Shown in pieces: positions 10,924 to 32,872 of a DNA stretch of 64,000 bases. The translations under genes were made by a program, and so were the position numbers. The stretch is from Terriglobia bacterium (lineage in GTDB: Bacteria; Acidobacteriota; Terriglobia; 20CM-2-55-15). The notes below the pieces were generated by a model. It worked only from the letters and a program-made list of their open reading frames with translations, was not told the origin of the DNA and searched no databases. The stretch's first letter is position 1; each line of letters opens with the position of its first letter. The stretch is from positions 96,001 to 160,000 of the forward strand of contig CBDAOY010000009.1 of the NCBI GenBank assembly GCA_965198225.1, in the 5' to 3' direction.

Positions 10924-11262
10924 TCACTCCCTTTCGCCCAACTCGACAGTGATATGGCTCATCCGGCGCATGTACCTGAAAGCCCGTCCCATCGGTGCCG
11001 GCCGGATCCGTTTGAGCCGCGGGCCTTCGTTGATGTAGGCCTTCTCGATGAAGAGATTGTCGACGTCCACGGTTTCGGAATTTTCGGTTGCGTTGGCGAT
11101 CGCAGACCGAACAACCTTCTCGATCGGACCCGTCGCCCGCTTCTTGGTGAACTGCAGCGTCATGAGTGCTTCGTTCACTTTCTTGCCACGGATCAGATCG
11201 ACTACGAGTCGCGCCTTCTGTGGCGACATCCGAATAAACCGTGCAGTTGCTTTAGAAATCAT
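10924..11262 (-). CDS. rplV: 50S ribosomal protein L22
   Basis: SPQKARLVVDLIRG, SAIANA, RPAPMGRA, SHITV. Confidence 0.99.
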   Translation of the reverse strand: MISKATARFIRMSPQKARLVVDLIRGKKVNEALMTLQFTKKRATGPIEKVVRSAIANATENSETVDVDNLFIEKAYINEGPRLKRIRPAPMGRAFRYMRRMSHITVELGERE

Positions 11263-11274
11263 TCTGTCTTCTTC

Positions 11275-11367
11275 TGTAGGTGCGCCCTATGAAGCTGCCG
11301 GAAGCCCAGGGAACATCGTGTAGGTGCGCTCTATGAGCGCACAGGTGCGGTCACGGACCACACCTAC
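11275..11367. repeat. GTAG-type REP doublet plus a truncated third copy
   Basis: TGTAGGTGCGCTCTATGAGCGCAC..GTGCGGTCACGGACCACACCTAC at 11319-11367; partial TGTAGGTGCGCCCTATGA at 11275; homologous to 23229-23278. Confidence 0.8.
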
Positions 11368-11368
11368 G

Positions 11369-11650
11369 CTACCTCGGCGTTACCGCTTTGCCACCCGCCG
11401 CGTGTCCCCGGAACGTCCGGGTCGGCGCAAACTCACCGAGCTTGTGCCCGACCATGTTCTCGGTGACGTAGACGGGAATGAACTTCTTCCCGTTGTGGAC
11501 GGCGAGAGTGTGGCCCACCATTTCGGGCGTGACCGTGGAGCGGCGAGACCACGTCTTGTGGACCTTCCGCTCGTTGCGGGCGTTCATGCCTTCGATCGCC
11601 TTCTCCACGTGAGCGTCGATAAAATAGCCCTTCTTGACAGAACGTCCCAT
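11369..11650 (-). CDS. rpsS: 30S ribosomal protein S19
   Basis: [26 protein letters not shown]. Confidence 0.99.
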   Translation of the reverse strand: MGRSVKKGYFIDAHVEKAIEGMNARNERKVHKTWSRRSTVTPEMVGHTLAVHNGKKFIPVYVTENMVGHKLGEFAPTRTFRGHAAGGKAVTPR

Positions 11651-11655
11651 AACGC

Positions 11656-12477
11656 CTACTTCTTCCTCTTCACGATGAATTTGTCGGTTCGCTTGTTGTT
11701 TCGGGTTCGATACCCGAGCGTCGGCTTTCCCCAGGGCGTCATCGGGTTGTTCCCCTTGACACGCCCCTCGCCGCCTCCGTGGGGGTGGTCCACCGGATTC
11801 ATCACAACGCCTCGAACCGTCGGGCGGACTCCGCGGTGGCGCTTGCGGCCGGCCTTACCCAGGCTGATGTTTTCGTGGTCCAGGTTGCCGACCTGACCGA
11901 CGGTCGCCATGCAATCGACCCTCACCAGGCGCACTTCGCCGGATGGAAGCTTGATGTGCGCGTACTTCCCTTCCCGCGCGACAAGTTGGGCGGAACCCCC
12001 GGCCGCGCGAACCATCTGTGCTCCCTTGCCAGGACGTAGTTCGATGTTGTGGATGGTGGTGCCGAGCGGGATCTTCGTCAGCGGCAGCGCGTTGCCGATC
12101 AGGATGTCGGCCTCCGGACCGGATTCCACCTTCATACCGACTTTCAGGCCGACCGGTTGGAGGATGTACCTCTTCTCACCGTCGACATAAGCGAGCAGAG
12201 CGATGAACGCCGACCGGTTGGGGTCGTATTCGATCGTTTCGACCCTGGCGGGAATCCCGGGCTTGTCTCTTTTGAAGTCGATTACGCGGTACTGCTTCTT
12301 ACTCCCCCCGCCGCGGTGACGGACCGTCATGTGACCGTAATTGTTCCGCCCACTGATCCGCTTCTTAGGCTGGAGCAGTGGTTTATAGGGTTTGTCCGTC
12401 GTAATTTCCTGCTTGTAGTCGACGACTTCCTGGAACCGTCGGGACATTGGAGTCGGCTTGAATTTCTTGATAGCCAC
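11656..12477 (-). CDS. rplB: 50S ribosomal protein L2
   Basis: [32 protein letters not shown]. Confidence 0.99.
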   Translation of the reverse strand: MAIKKFKPTPMSRRFQEVVDYKQEITTDKPYKPLLQPKKRISGRNNYGHMTVRHRGGGSKKQYRVIDFKRDKPGIPARVETIEYDPNRSAFIALLAYVDGEKRYILQPVGLKVGMKVESGPEADILIGNALPLTKIPLGTTIHNIELRPGKGAQMVRAAGGSAQLVAREGKYAHIKLPSGEVRLVRVDCMATVGQVGNLDHENISLGKAGRKRHRGVRPTVRGVVMNPVDHPHGGGEGRVKGNNPMTPWGKPTLGYRTRNNKRTDKFIVKRKK

Positions 12478-12771
12478 CTATATGTCCTCCCCGTACTCGA
12501 TCATTTTCTCGCCTTCGGCCAGGGTCACGTAGGCCTTCTTCCAGGACGGTTTGTAACCGGTGTGGCGGCCGCGACGACGCATCTTTCCGCGCACCACCAT
12601 CGTGCGGACACCCTGGACGCGGACCTTGAAGATGCGCTCGATGGCCTGCTGGATCTGCTGCTTGCTGGAAGCCGGGGACACCTCGAAACAAAGGGTCCGT
12701 TGCTGATCCTTCAACGTCAACCCCTTCTCCGTGATCACGGGGCGGCGGATGACGTCATAGAGCGTGCTCAT
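12478..12771 (-). CDS. rplW: 50S ribosomal protein L23
   Basis: PVITEKG, WKKAYVTL. Confidence 0.98.
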   Translation of the reverse strand: MSTLYDVIRRPVITEKGLTLKDQQRTLCFEVSPASSKQQIQQAIERIFKVRVQGVRTMVVRGKMRRRGRHTGYKPSWKKAYVTLAEGEKMIEYGEDI

Positions 12772-13394
12772 TTCGACAGCACCTCCTCGAGGGCCAGGAT
12801 CGACGCTTTCGTGAAGACCAAATGCCTCGCGTTCAGTACCTGATACGGGGTCACCTGCAGACTGGAGATCAGTCGCACTTCCGGCAGATTTCTCGAGGCA
12901 AGGTGGAGATTCGGATTGTCGGCGTGGTCGATTAGCAGGGTCTTGCGGCCCAACCCCAGTTTGCCAAGAGTCTCGGCAAAGAGCTTCGTACGGGGACTAT
13001 CGATGCTGAACCCATCCACGACACTGACTTCCGCGTCCTTGAACTTCAAGCTGAGCGCCGAGCGCAGGGCTGCCCGGAACATCTTGCGGGGAAGGTGATA
13101 CTCGTAACTGCGCGGATGGGGCCCAAACACCGTCCCTCCGGTACGCCAAAGCGGATTCCGAGCTTCTCCGACGCGGGCGCGCCCGGTTCCCTTCTGCCGC
13201 CACGGTTTGCGTCCGCTACCCCTTACTTCATCTCGTGTCTTGGTGGAATGCGTCCCGGACCGATGCGTCGCCAGGTACTGCTTAACGGCGTCGTGCATGA
13301 GGCCTTCGTTGATCGGGGCGCCGAAGACCCTCTCCCCGAGTTCAAGGGTATCGACCACTTCGTTCTGCAGGTTCTTGACTTCGATCTTCGGCAT
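12768..13394 (-). CDS. rplD: 50S ribosomal protein L4
   Basis: KPWRQKGTGRAR, GGTVFGP; start MPKIEV at 13394 (the ORF-track extension overlaps rplC). Confidence 0.97.
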   Translation of the reverse strand: MPKIEVKNLQNEVVDTLELGERVFGAPINEGLMHDAVKQYLATHRSGTHSTKTRDEVRGSGRKPWRQKGTGRARVGEARNPLWRTGGTVFGPHPRSYEYHLPRKMFRAALRSALSLKFKDAEVSVVDGFSIDSPRTKLFAETLGKLGLGRKTLLIDHADNPNLHLASRNLPEVRLISSLQVTPYQVLNARHLVFTKASILALEEVLSK

Positions 13395-13432
13395 CCTGAC
13401 TTTCCTCCGGCCTCGCGTCGGCCGGCCTCGCG

Positions 13433-14059
13433 CTATCCGGCTTTCCGGATGATGATGTAACCGCCGTTCGGTCCCGGCACAGCCCCTTTCAGGAACAGCA
13501 GGTTCTTCTCTTCGTCGACCTGGGCGATTCGCAGACCGCGGACGGTCACTCGATTGGTACCCATCCGACCCGGCATGCGGACACCCTTCAGCACCCGGGA
13601 GGGATAGGCCGACTGCCCGATCGAGCCCGGCGCCCTGTGGAACATCGACCCGTGCGTCGCCCGTCCGCCGGCGAAATGGTGTCTCTTGATCACGCCCGCA
13701 AAACCGCGGCCCTTGCTCGTGCCGATCACGTTGACGCGTTCGTCGGCCTGAAAGATGTCGGCCTGGATCCTGTCGCCGGCCTTCACATCGTCCCCTCCGC
13801 TGACGCCGACTTCGCGCACGAACCGCGCGGGAGCGACGTCGGCCCTCTTGAAGTGTCCAGCCATCGGCTTGGGGACTCGCTGATCCTTGACGAACTCGAC
13901 GAACCCGAGCTGGGCGGCGTCGTACCCCTCCTTCTCTACCGTCTTTCGCTGGACGACGACGCATGGGCCGGCTTGGACGACTGTGACAGGCACAGCAGTT
14001 CCGTCGTCGCGCAGCAGCTGGGTCATCCCCACCTTCTTGCCTAGGATTCCATCAACCAT
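13433..14059 (-). CDS. rplC: 50S ribosomal protein L3
   Basis: [34 protein letters not shown]. Confidence 0.99.
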   Translation of the reverse strand: MVDGILGKKVGMTQLLRDDGTAVPVTVVQAGPCVVVQRKTVEKEGYDAAQLGFVEFVKDQRVPKPMAGHFKRADVAPARFVREVGVSGGDDVKAGDRIQADIFQADERVNVIGTSKGRGFAGVIKRHHFAGGRATHGSMFHRAPGSIGQSAYPSRVLKGVRMPGRMGTNRVTVRGLRIAQVDEEKNLLFLKGAVPGPNGGYIIIRKAG

Positions 14060-14126
14060 TTCTATCTCTTAGCTCTTGGCGATAGCTGCTGGCCCGGGAC
14101 AGCCCCAGAAACCAACCGTCAATCGC

Positions 14127-14456
<330 letters not shown>

Positions 14457-14477
14457 GTTTGCCTTTACCTGCGACAG

Positions 14478-15665
<1,188 letters not shown>

Positions 15666-15772
15666 CGTTGCGCTTCCCTCGTCGTTGTCTGCTTCTCTAT
15701 CCTCGTTCGCTTATCCCGGTCCGGCCTTCTCCCCAACGTAGGCCGTTGGCCGTTATCCGCTGGCCGGTGGCG

Positions 15773-17869
15773 CTACACGGGCTTGAACTCTCTTCCCTGA
15801 GCCCTGGCTACGATCTCATCGCTGATCTGCTTCGGAAGTCCTTCATAGCGGGCGAAGTGCATCGTATAGGTCGCACGGCCCTGCGTCATCGACCGGAGAT
15901 CCGTCGCATAGCCGAACATGGAAGCCAACGGAACGTGAGCTTTGATGATCTGGGTCCCCGGCCGCGCTTCCATTCCTTCGATCTGCCCACGGCGCCCGTT
16001 CAGATCCCCGATCACGTCTCCGAGGTACTCTTCAGGTAGCACGACCTCGACCTGCATCAGGGGTTCGAGCAGCACCGGGTTGGCACGCGAGCAGGCGTCC
16101 TTCAGTGCCATCGATCCGGCAATCTTGAACGCGATCTCCGAAGAATCGACGTCGTGGTACGACCCGTCGAAGAGCGTCACCTTCAGATCACGCATCTCGT
16201 ACCCTGCCAGCACACCGGCGGTCATCGCTTCCTCGATCCCCTGCTTGACCGGTTTGATGAAATCCTTCGGAATCGCTCCCCTGATGATCGCGTTCTCGAA
16301 CTCCAGTCCCACACCTGGCTTGGACGGCTCGACCGTGATCTTGACGTGACCGTACTGTCCGCGGCCACCGGTCTGGCGGATGTACTTGCCCTCGGCTTCA
16401 GCCTTCGCCCGGATCGTCTCCCTGTAAGACACCTGCGGTTTGCCGACGTTCGCGCCCACGCTGAACTCGCGCAGCATGCGGTCGACGATGACCTCGAGGT
16501 GCAGTTTTCCCATGCCCGAGATGATCGTCTGCCCGGTATCCTGGTCCGTGTGGATCCGGAAGGTTGGATCTTCCTGAGCCAGCTTGCCCAGAGCGATACC
16601 CATCTTTTCCTGGTCTGCCTTTGTCTTCGGCTCGATCGCGACCGAGATCACCGGCTCGGGGAAGTCCATCGCCTCCAGGAGAATCGGGGCTCCCTCGGTG
16701 CAGATTGTGTCTCCGGTCGTAACGTTCTTCAGTCCCACGGCAGCCGCGATATCGCCGGTGTAGATGGACTTGATCTCCTCTCGCTTGTTGGCATGCATCT
16801 TCAAGAGGCGGCCCACCCTCTCCTTCGACTCCTTAACGGTGTTGTAAACGTACGACCCGCTATCCAGGTGACCCGAGTAAACCCGGAAGAACGCCAGCTG
16901 GCCGACAAAGGGGTCGTACATGATCTTGAAAACCAAACCCGAGAATGGTTCGGAGTCGTCCGCGCGTCTCGTCAGTTCGGAGGAACGATCGGAGCTGAAA
17001 CCGATTATCGGGGGAACATCGAGGGGCGAGGGGAGGTAATCGACTACGGCGTCAAGGAGCGGCTGTACGCCCTTGTTCTTGAACGCCGAGCCACATAGCA
17101 CCGGCGTTATCTTCATCGCGATCGTCGCCTGCCGGACCGCCAGCTTCAGTTCGTCCTCAGAGATGCTTTCGCCGTGAACAAACTTCTCGAAGAGGCTCTC
17201 GTCCGCTTCGCTGGCGGCTTCAACCAGTCTCTCGCGGAGTTTTGCGACTTCCTCCCGAAGTTCCCCCGGAATCTCCTGCAATTCATACTCGGCACCAAGC
17301 GTTTCATCTCGATACACGATCGCTTTCTGCCGGATCAGATCAATCACGCCGCGGAACTCTTCCTCGTTGCCCAGGGGGCATTGGAGCGCGACCGGGTTGG
17401 CATGGAGCCGAGTCCGCATCATCTCCATGCAGTTGAAGAAATCGGCGCCCGCGCGATCCATCTTGTTCACGAACGCAATCCGGGGGACTCGATACTTGTC
17501 GGCCTGCCGCCAAACGGTCTCCGACTGCGGCTCGACGCCCCCGACGGCACAGAACACCGCTACGGCGCCGTCGAGAACGCGCAGCGACCGCTCAACCTCT
17601 GCGGTGAAATCGACGTGGCCGGGAGTGTCGATGATATTGACGCGAAAATCGTTCCAGAAGCAGGTGGTCGCCGCGGAGGTAATCGTGATCCCTCTCTCCT
17701 GCTCCTGCTCCATCCAATCCATGGTAGCCGTGCCTTCATGGACTTCGCCGAGCTTGTAGTTGATGCCTGTGTAGTAGAGAACACGCTCTGTGGTCGTGGT
17801 CTTGCCGGCATCGATATGGGCCATGATGCCGATGTTGCGTGTTTTCTCCAGTGGTACTTGTCGAGGCAT
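15773..17869 (-). CDS. fusA: Elongation factor G
   Basis: [27 protein letters not shown]. Confidence 0.99.
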   Translation of the reverse strand: MPRQVPLEKTRNIGIMAHIDAGKTTTTERVLYYTGINYKLGEVHEGTATMDWMEQEQERGITITSAATTCFWNDFRVNIIDTPGHVDFTAEVERSLRVLDGAVAVFCAVGGVEPQSETVWRQADKYRVPRIAFVNKMDRAGADFFNCMEMMRTRLHANPVALQCPLGNEEEFRGVIDLIRQKAIVYRDETLGAEYELQEIPGELREEVAKLRERLVEAASEADESLFEKFVHGESISEDELKLAVRQATIAMKITPVLCGSAFKNKGVQPLLDAVVDYLPSPLDVPPIIGFSSDRSSELTRRADDSEPFSGLVFKIMYDPFVGQLAFFRVYSGHLDSGSYVYNTVKESKERVGRLLKMHANKREEIKSIYTGDIAAAVGLKNVTTGDTICTEGAPILLEAMDFPEPVISVAIEPKTKADQEKMGIALGKLAQEDPTFRIHTDQDTGQTIISGMGKLHLEVIVDRMLREFSVGANVGKPQVSYRETIRAKAEAEGKYIRQTGGRGQYGHVKITVEPSKPGVGLEFENAIIRGAIPKDFIKPVKQGIEEAMTAGVLAGYEMRDLKVTLFDGSYHDVDSSEIAFKIAGSMALKDACSRANPVLLEPLMQVEVVLPEEYLGDVIGDLNGRRGQIEGMEARPGTQIIKAHVPLASMFGYATDLRSMTQGRATYTMHFARYEGLPKQISDEIVARAQGREFKPV

Positions 17870-17887
17870 AAGAACCTGGGATCTTCC

Positions 17888-18358
17888 CTACCAGCGGTAG
17901 TGAGCGAAGGCCTTGTTGGCTTCGGCCATCCGGTGCGTATCTTCCTTTTTCTTGATCGAACTTCCGCGGCTGTTGGCTGCGTCCAGGATCTCGCCGGCCA
18001 ACTTGTCTTCCATCGATTTCTCGCCCCGCGACCGGGCGTACCCGATCAACCAGCGGATGCTCAGGGAAGTCCGCCGCGCGGTGTTGACTTCAATCGGGAC
18101 CTGGTAGGTCGAACCACCGACCCTTCGGGACTTGACTTCCAGCACCGGCTTGACGTTCTCCACAGCCTTCTTGAACAGCTTGATAGGATCGTCGTTGGCC
18201 TTACTCTCCACGATTTTCAGCGCGCGATAGAAGATCTGTTGCGAGACGCTCTTCTTGCCGTCCCACATCATCTGGTTGACGAACTTCGTCACGAGCGTGC
18301 TGCCGTACAACGGATCAGGGAGCACTTCGCGGCGGACAATATGCGCCTTTCTGGGCAT
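17888..18358 (-). CDS. rpsG: 30S ribosomal protein S7
   Basis: [27 protein letters not shown]. Confidence 0.99.
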   Translation of the reverse strand: MPRKAHIVRREVLPDPLYGSTLVTKFVNQMMWDGKKSVSQQIFYRALKIVESKANDDPIKLFKKAVENVKPVLEVKSRRVGGSTYQVPIEVNTARRTSLSIRWLIGYARSRGEKSMEDKLAGEILDAANSRGSSIKKKEDTHRMAEANKAFAHYRW

Positions 18359-18478
18359 AGAAACCTCAAACCGGCAAACGACGGCTTCCGGACAAACGCC
18401 GGGTTCCGCCGTTGAATCAAATTTATGTAACGGATCTAATTGGGTCTATACCCGAGAAGAAGATCCCGGTAGCAGACC

Positions 18479-18853
18479 CTATCCTTTAGGCCGCTTCGCC
18501 CCGTACTTGGAGCGTGATTGCTTGCGATTCGCCACTCCAGCCGCATCCAACGTCCCACGAACCACGTGGTATCGAACACCTGGCAGGTCTTTGACGCGTC
18601 CACCGCGAATCAAGACGATAGAGTGCTCCTGGAGATTGTGTCCGATGCCCGGAATGTAGGTTGTCACTTCGATCCCGTTCGTCAACCGGACACGCGCTAC
18701 CTTGCGGAGGGCTGAATTCGGCTTTTTGGGAGTCGACGTGTATACACGGGTGCACACGCCACGCTTCTGAGGGCAGTTCTGCAGAGCGGGACTGCTCGTC
18801 TTGTACTTCGGCTTCTTTCTGCCTTGTCGAACCAGTTGGTTGAACGTCGGCAC
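18479..18853 (-). CDS. rpsL: 30S ribosomal protein S12
   Basis: [22 protein letters not shown]. Confidence 0.99.
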   Translation of the reverse strand: MPTFNQLVRQGRKKPKYKTSSPALQNCPQKRGVCTRVYTSTPKKPNSALRKVARVRLTNGIEVTTYIPGIGHNLQEHSIVLIRGGRVKDLPGVRYHVVRGTLDAAGVANRKQSRSKYGAKRPKG

Positions 18854-18921
18854 AACTTCGTTACTCCTTAAAAACTAGCGGCCTTACCTGTGAAGAATCC
18901 GTTCACAGGCGAAACTCACTA

Positions 18922-18950
18922 ATATTAGTAGATGCCCGAACGCTTGTCAA
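18922..18950 (-). promoter_or_regulatory. Sigma70-type promoter of the str operon
   Basis: Minus strand TTGACA-17 nt-TAATAT upstream of rpsL. Confidence 0.75.
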
Positions 18951-18963
18951 CGCTAACAGGCAC

Positions 18964-18993
18964 AAAATAAAGCGCCGGATGCTAACCGGCGCT
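18964..18993 (-). terminator. Intrinsic terminator after rpoC
   Basis: 8-bp stem AGCGCCGG/CCGGCGCT followed on the minus strand by TTATTTT. Confidence 0.75.
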
Positions 18994-19023
18994 CTGCAGA
19001 AGGGGCGTCTCTGGACGGTCGGG

Positions 19024-23193
<4,170 letters not shown>

Positions 23194-23228
23194 AGCTGTT
23201 ACCTCCAAGAAGGAGAAAAAACGAACGC

Positions 23229-23278
23229 TGTAGGTGCGCTCTACGAGCGCACATGTGCGGTCGCAGACCGCACCTACA
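23229..23278. repeat. GTAG-type REP doublet between rpoB and rpoC
   Basis: TGTAGGTGCG...CGCACCTACA ends with two internal 8-bp hairpins; homologous to 11319-11367. Confidence 0.8.
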
Positions 23279-23282
23279 CTTT

Positions 23283-27554
<4,272 letters not shown>

Positions 27555-27652
27555 TTCTTGTGTTTACTCCTAAAAGCCAATCAGCCGAGCCGCGGGCGCA
27601 CTACGCCCGCAGCGTCGGCTTTCAAATTTGCGGTCAGCCGGCCGGCTTTGAA

Positions 27653-27702
27653 GGATGCTGTCCGAAATAATCGGATGCTGTCCGAGATAATCGATGGATG
27701 CT
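27653..27702. repeat. 20-bp tandem repeat (2 copies plus a partial) in the rplL-rpoB spacer
   Basis: GGATGCTGTCCGAAATAATC GGATGCTGTCCGAGATAATC gat GGATGCT. Confidence 0.85.
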
Positions 27703-27728
27703 CCCCGCCAATCGAAGTTGTTCCCGAC

Positions 27729-28106
27729 CTACTTCACTTCGACAGTGGCGCCAGCTTCTTCGAACTTCTTTTTGACCTCTTCCGCCTCGTCTTTCGTCAC
27801 GCCTTCCTTGATCGCCTTCGGCGCGGACTCGACCAGATCCTTCGCTTCTTTCAGACCAAGGCTTGTCAGGCCCCGCACGACCTTGATAACCGCAATCTTG
27901 TTTCCGCCGAACCCGGTCAACACGACGTCGAACTCCGTCTGTTCCTCGACAGGGGCTGCGGCTCCCGCAGCCGGCCCCGCCACGGCGACCGCCGCTGCCG
28001 CAGCGCTGACACCGAACGCCTCCTCGATACCCTTGACGAGCTCGGATGCTTCCAGTAGCGACAAGCCCTTGATGTCTTCGATGATGCTTTCTACTTTGTC
28101 CGCCAT
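27729..28106 (-). CDS. rplL: 50S ribosomal protein L7/L12
   Basis: [25 protein letters not shown]. Confidence 0.99.
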   Translation of the reverse strand: MADKVESIIEDIKGLSLLEASELVKGIEEAFGVSAAAAAVAVAGPAAGAAAPVEEQTEFDVVLTGFGGNKIAVIKVVRGLTSLGLKEAKDLVESAPKAIKEGVTKDEAEEVKKKFEEAGATVEVK

Positions 28107-28210
28107 TACGTTCTCCTGATTGAATAAAAACCTGTGCCGGAAACTCAGGACGGAGCCCTGTTTCCCGCATCTATGATTGCTGGACCTAACGTGACTCCCT
28201 GGAATATCCT

Positions 28211-28738
28211 TTATTCCGAAAATTTCTTCTCTTCGACGGCCTGCCCAAGGGCCACGGCCAGGTTTCGCGCCACGGCGCTGATCGCCATCGCTGTACGTTG
28301 GGCCGGCGCGTTGATCAGGTACATCAGCTGGGCAATCAACTCGTCATGCGATGGAAGCGCGGCGATTTCAACAATCGTCGAAATCTCGACGGCACGGCCC
28401 TCGACCATCCCGGCTTTGAATTCAAGCGCCGGATTATCCTTGGCGTAGTCGCTGAGCGTCTTTGCCAAGGCGACCGGGGCGCCCGTGTTGTAGGCAATTG
28501 CGGTCGACCCGTCGAAAGTCTCCGACAATTCGGCAGCCGGCGTGCCCTCGGCCGCGAGCTTCACGAGCGTGTTCTTGACGACCCGATACTTACTGTCGGC
28601 TTCCCGCACCTTGCGCCGGAGTTCGGTGTCCTTCGCCACATCGAGCCCCTGGAACTTGACCACAACGAGGTTCTGCGCCTCGCTGAGCTCCTTTTTCAGA
28701 AACTCAACCTCTTCCTGTTTTTGCTTCTTCGATTTCAC
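28211..28738 (-). CDS. rplJ: 50S ribosomal protein L10
   Basis: [17 protein letters not shown]; upstream of rplL. Confidence 0.97.
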   Translation of the reverse strand: MKSKKQKQEEVEFLKKELSEAQNLVVVKFQGLDVAKDTELRRKVREADSKYRVVKNTLVKLAAEGTPAAELSETFDGSTAIAYNTGAPVALAKTLSDYAKDNPALEFKAGMVEGRAVEISTIVEIAALPSHDELIAQLMYLINAPAQRTAMAISAVARNLAVALGQAVEEKKFSE

Positions 28739-28780
28739 AGATCTTTCCCCTGTCGGGAGTCCTTAAGTGACTAATGACAA

Positions 28781-29473
28781 CTACTTTGCCTCCACCGAGG
28801 CCAGATCCACGTCGATACCCGGACTCATCGTCGTCGCGAACGTGACGCTTCGGACGTACTTGCCCTTCAGCGCCGTCGGCCGGGCCTTGAGTATCGACTC
28901 TGCCAAGGTGCGGACGTTCTCGACCAGTTTTTGATGGTCGAACGACACCTTGCCGAACGGGGCGTGGATGACGCCCGTCTTGTCCACGCGGAACTCGACT
29001 TTCCCTGCCTTGACCTCGGAAACGGCTTTCGCTACCTCAAAAGTGACCGTTCCGGTTTTCGGGTTGGGCATCAGGCCGCGCGGACCGAGCACCCGCCCGA
29101 GCTTGCCCACCGACTTCATCATGTCCGGCGTCGATATGCAGGCATCGAAGCCCAGCCAGCCACCCTTGATCTTCTCGACCAGTTCTTCGCCACCAACGAA
29201 TTCGGCGCCGGCCTGTTCGGCCTCTCTCACTTTTTCGCCGGAGGCGATCACGCACACTGACTTGGACTTGCCCAGACCGTTAGGCAACACGACCGTGCCA
29301 CGAACCATCTGGTCGGCGTGTTTCGGATCCACTCCCAACCGCATGTGCAATTCCACGGTCTCGTCGAAGTTGGCAAACTTGACCTTCTGGAGTGTCTCGA
29401 TCGCTTCTTCCACGGCGTAGGATCGGTCTTCGATCTGCTCAGCCGCCTTGGCGTATTTCTTGTTCTTGGCCAT
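28781..29473 (-). CDS. rplA: 50S ribosomal protein L1
   Basis: [25 protein letters not shown]. Confidence 0.99.
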   Translation of the reverse strand: MAKNKKYAKAAEQIEDRSYAVEEAIETLQKVKFANFDETVELHMRLGVDPKHADQMVRGTVVLPNGLGKSKSVCVIASGEKVREAEQAGAEFVGGEELVEKIKGGWLGFDACISTPDMMKSVGKLGRVLGPRGLMPNPKTGTVTFEVAKAVSEVKAGKVEFRVDKTGVIHAPFGKVSFDHQKLVENVRTLAESILKARPTALKGKYVRSVTFATTMSPGIDVDLASVEAK

Positions 29474-29487
29474 ACCTTCAAGCTCTC

Positions 29488-29919
29488 CTAGCCGACAACT
29501 TCCAGACCCATGCTGCGGGCAGTGCCCTTGACGATCAACATCGCCGCCTCCAGACTCGCCGCGTTGAGATCCGGCATCTTGAGCTTGGCGATTTCTTCGA
29601 TTTGTTTCTCGGTCACCTGCCCGACTATGGCCTTGTTCGGCTCGCCCGATCCCTTCGCGATGCCTGCCGAACGCTTCAGCAAAACCGCGGCCGGTGGTGT
29701 CTTCGTGATGAAGCTGAAGGAGCGGTCCGCGTACACCGTGATGACGGCTGGAATGATCAGTCCTTCCTGATCCTTGGCCGAAGTCCTGGCGTTAAAGGCC
29801 TTGCAGAAATCCATGATAGCGACGCCGTGCTGACCCAGCGCCGGACCGACCGGCGGCGCAGGTGTCGCCTTTCCCGCCGGTATCTGTAGCTTGATCTGGC
29901 CGATTACTTTCTTTGCCAT
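29488..29919 (-). CDS. rplK: 50S ribosomal protein L11
   Basis: [27 protein letters not shown]. Confidence 0.99.
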   Translation of the reverse strand: MAKKVIGQIKLQIPAGKATPAPPVGPALGQHGVAIMDFCKAFNARTSAKDQEGLIIPAVITVYADRSFSFITKTPPAAVLLKRSAGIAKGSGEPNKAIVGQVTEKQIEEIAKLKMPDLNAASLEAAMLIVKGTARSMGLEVVG

Positions 29920-29936
29920 GCCTGGTTCCCAGTGAA

Positions 29937-30488
29937 CTAGTTCTTTTCGACCTGCAGAAAGTCGAGTTCGACGGGCGTCGAACGCCCGAAAATCGTCACC
30001 ATGACTTTCAACGTGCTGCGATCATCGTTGACCTCGTCGACCACGCCCGTGAAACTCGTGAACGGACCGTCGATTATCGAGACCGTCTCGCCGTTTTCGA
30101 AGCTCAGCTTGGGCTTCGGGCGGTCGGCGGCAGCCGTCTCGACCCGGTACACTATCTGCTGCACCTCCTCATCGGACAAGGGTGTCGGACTCGATCCGGT
30201 GCCCACGAAGCCGGTCACTCGCGGGGTGTCCTTCACCAGGTGCCAGGCGTGATCGCTGGGACCTCCCGTTTCGGCCGTAGCCATTTCGACCAGCACGTAA
30301 CCGGGGTAGAACATTTTTTGAGAGATGACCCGCTTACCGCCCTTGATCTCGATGACCTCTTCGGTCGGTATCAGGACGTCACAGATCTCGTCTTCCAGCC
30401 CCAGGGCCGCGACTCTGGAGCGCAAGCTTTCGGCCACTTTGCGCTCGAATCCCGAATAGGTATGGATGATGTACCACTGCTTGGACAC
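29937..30488 (-). CDS. nusG: Transcription termination/antitermination factor NusG
   Basis: [36 protein letters not shown]. Confidence 0.99.
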   Translation of the reverse strand: MSKQWYIIHTYSGFERKVAESLRSRVAALGLEDEICDVLIPTEEVIEIKGGKRVISQKMFYPGYVLVEMATAETGGPSDHAWHLVKDTPRVTGFVGTGSSPTPLSDEEVQQIVYRVETAAADRPKPKLSFENGETVSIIDGPFTSFTGVVDEVNDDRSTLKVMVTIFGRSTPVELDFLQVEKN

Positions 30489-30495
30489 GCCCTCG

Positions 30496-30723
30496 TTAGC
30501 CTCCAGCGAAATAATCCAGTACGCGGTTCAACCCCAGTCCAAGTACGTAGTCCACCAGGCCCAGGTAAAAACCGAATAAGAAGACCGCGATGATCACGAC
30601 AACCGTCGTGCCGACGACTTCATCCCTGTTGGGCCAGGAGACCTTCCTCATCTCGCCACGAACATCGCCGTAGAACTGCGTACTCCGTTGCGACCAGTCT
30701 TTAATCTTCTCCGCTGGATTCAT
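30496..30723 (-). CDS. secE: Preprotein translocase subunit SecE
   Basis: EMRKVSWP followed by one TM helix; upstream of nusG. Confidence 0.97.
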   Translation of the reverse strand: MNPAEKIKDWSQRSTQFYGDVRGEMRKVSWPNRDEVVGTTVVVIIAVFLFGFYLGLVDYVLGLGLNRVLDYFAGG

Positions 30724-30735
30724 CGATCAATGAGG

Positions 30736-30809
30736 CAGGCCAGGAGGGATTCGAACCCCCAGCATCCGGTTTTGGAGACCGGCGCTCTGCCAGTTAGAGC
30801 TACTGGCCT
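30736..30809 (-). tRNA. tRNA-Trp(CCA)
   Basis: AGGCCAG acceptor, anticodon arm CCGGT-CTCCAAA-ACCGG, GGTTCGAATCC T-arm. Confidence 0.97.
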
Positions 30810-30851
30810 GCAATGGGAAAGCAAAATCAAATGATTCTAGCAAATTGACCG

Positions 30852-31001
30852 CTACTTCGTCTCTCGATGAACAGTGTGTTGCCGGCAACGCGGGCAATAC
30901 TTTTTCGTCTCGAGCCGTTCGGTATGTTTCTTCTTATTCTTCGTGCCGGAGTAGTTACGTTCTTTGCATTCCTTGCACTGCAGTGTGATGATGTCTCGCA
31001 T
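30852..31001 (-). CDS. rpmG: 50S ribosomal protein L33 (Zn type; not in ORF track)
   Basis: Hand translation [49 protein letters not shown]. Confidence 0.97.
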   Translation of the reverse strand: MRDIITLQCKECKERNYSGTKNKKKHTERLETKKYCPRCRQHTVHRETK

Positions 31002-31017
31002 CGTTCAGACCCGACAG

Positions 31018-32205
<1,188 letters not shown>

Positions 32206-32359
32206 CGTTGCGCTTCCTTTTCCTTGTCTGCTTCTCTATCCTCGTTCGCCTATCCCCGGTTCCGGCCTTCTCGAAAACGTTGGCCGGTGCCCGTTATCCG
32301 TTGGCGGTGGCGCTGGTCCGATACTCTTCGCTGGCCACTGATCACTCACCACTACACAG

Positions 32360-32432
32360 AGCGGGAGACGGGATTCGAACCCGCGACCAACGGCTTGGAA
32401 GGCCGTGACTCTAGCCTCTGAGTTACTCCCGC
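32360..32432 (-). tRNA. tRNA-Gly(TCC)
   Basis: GCGGGAG acceptor, ACGGC-CTTCCAA-GCCGT anticodon arm. Confidence 0.96.
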
Positions 32433-32435
32433 CGA

Positions 32436-32511
<76 letters not shown>

Positions 32512-32639
32512 CACGTAGCTTGCAGCTATCATCGGTCAGATTTCGGCTCTTGGCTCCTTGGCTGACAGCTAACAGCTGATCGCTGATCCACTTCGACGGA
32601 GGGTCGCCCCCGCACCTCGCATCGAATCGCTCCCCCGAA

Positions 32640-32725
32640 TGGACAGGGGAGGATTCGAACCTCCGTAGCCCGCAAGGAGCGCCAGATTTACAGTCTGGTG
32701 CGTTTAACCACTCCGCCACCTGTCC
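32640..32725 (-). tRNA. tRNA-Tyr(GTA)
   Basis: GGACAGG acceptor, CCAGA-CTGTAAA-TCTGG, long variable arm. Confidence 0.96.
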
Positions 32726-32731
32726 TCTAGG

Positions 32732-32804
32732 AGCTGGCGAAGGGAGTCGAACCCCCGACCTGCTGATTACAAATCAGCTGCTCTACCAACTGAGCTACGC
32801 CAGC
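32732..32804 (-). tRNA. tRNA-Thr(TGT)
   Basis: GCTGGCG acceptor, GCTGA-TTTGTAA-TCAGC. Confidence 0.96.
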
Positions 32805-32819
32805 GTTGACAAACTTAAA

Positions 32820-32848
32820 AATGTAGCACAGCCGGAGTCGCGTTTCAA
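32820..32848 (-). promoter_or_regulatory. Sigma70-type promoter of the tRNA-tuf operon
   Basis: Minus strand TTGAAA-17 nt-TACATT with extended -10 TG, 15 nt before tRNA-Thr. Confidence 0.65.
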
Positions 32849-32872
32849 CGATTTCAAGAGGTTGGGCCCTTT

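Noticed and set aside
12768-13964. N-terminally extended ORF-track versions of rplD (also rplE, rplN, rplI, radA, ispE, gltX)
   Set aside because: Extensions overlap upstream genes or repeats; homology begins at the downstream starts used here.
27653-27702. Possible mini CRISPR array
   Set aside because: Repeats are directly adjacent with no spacers, and there are no cas genes.
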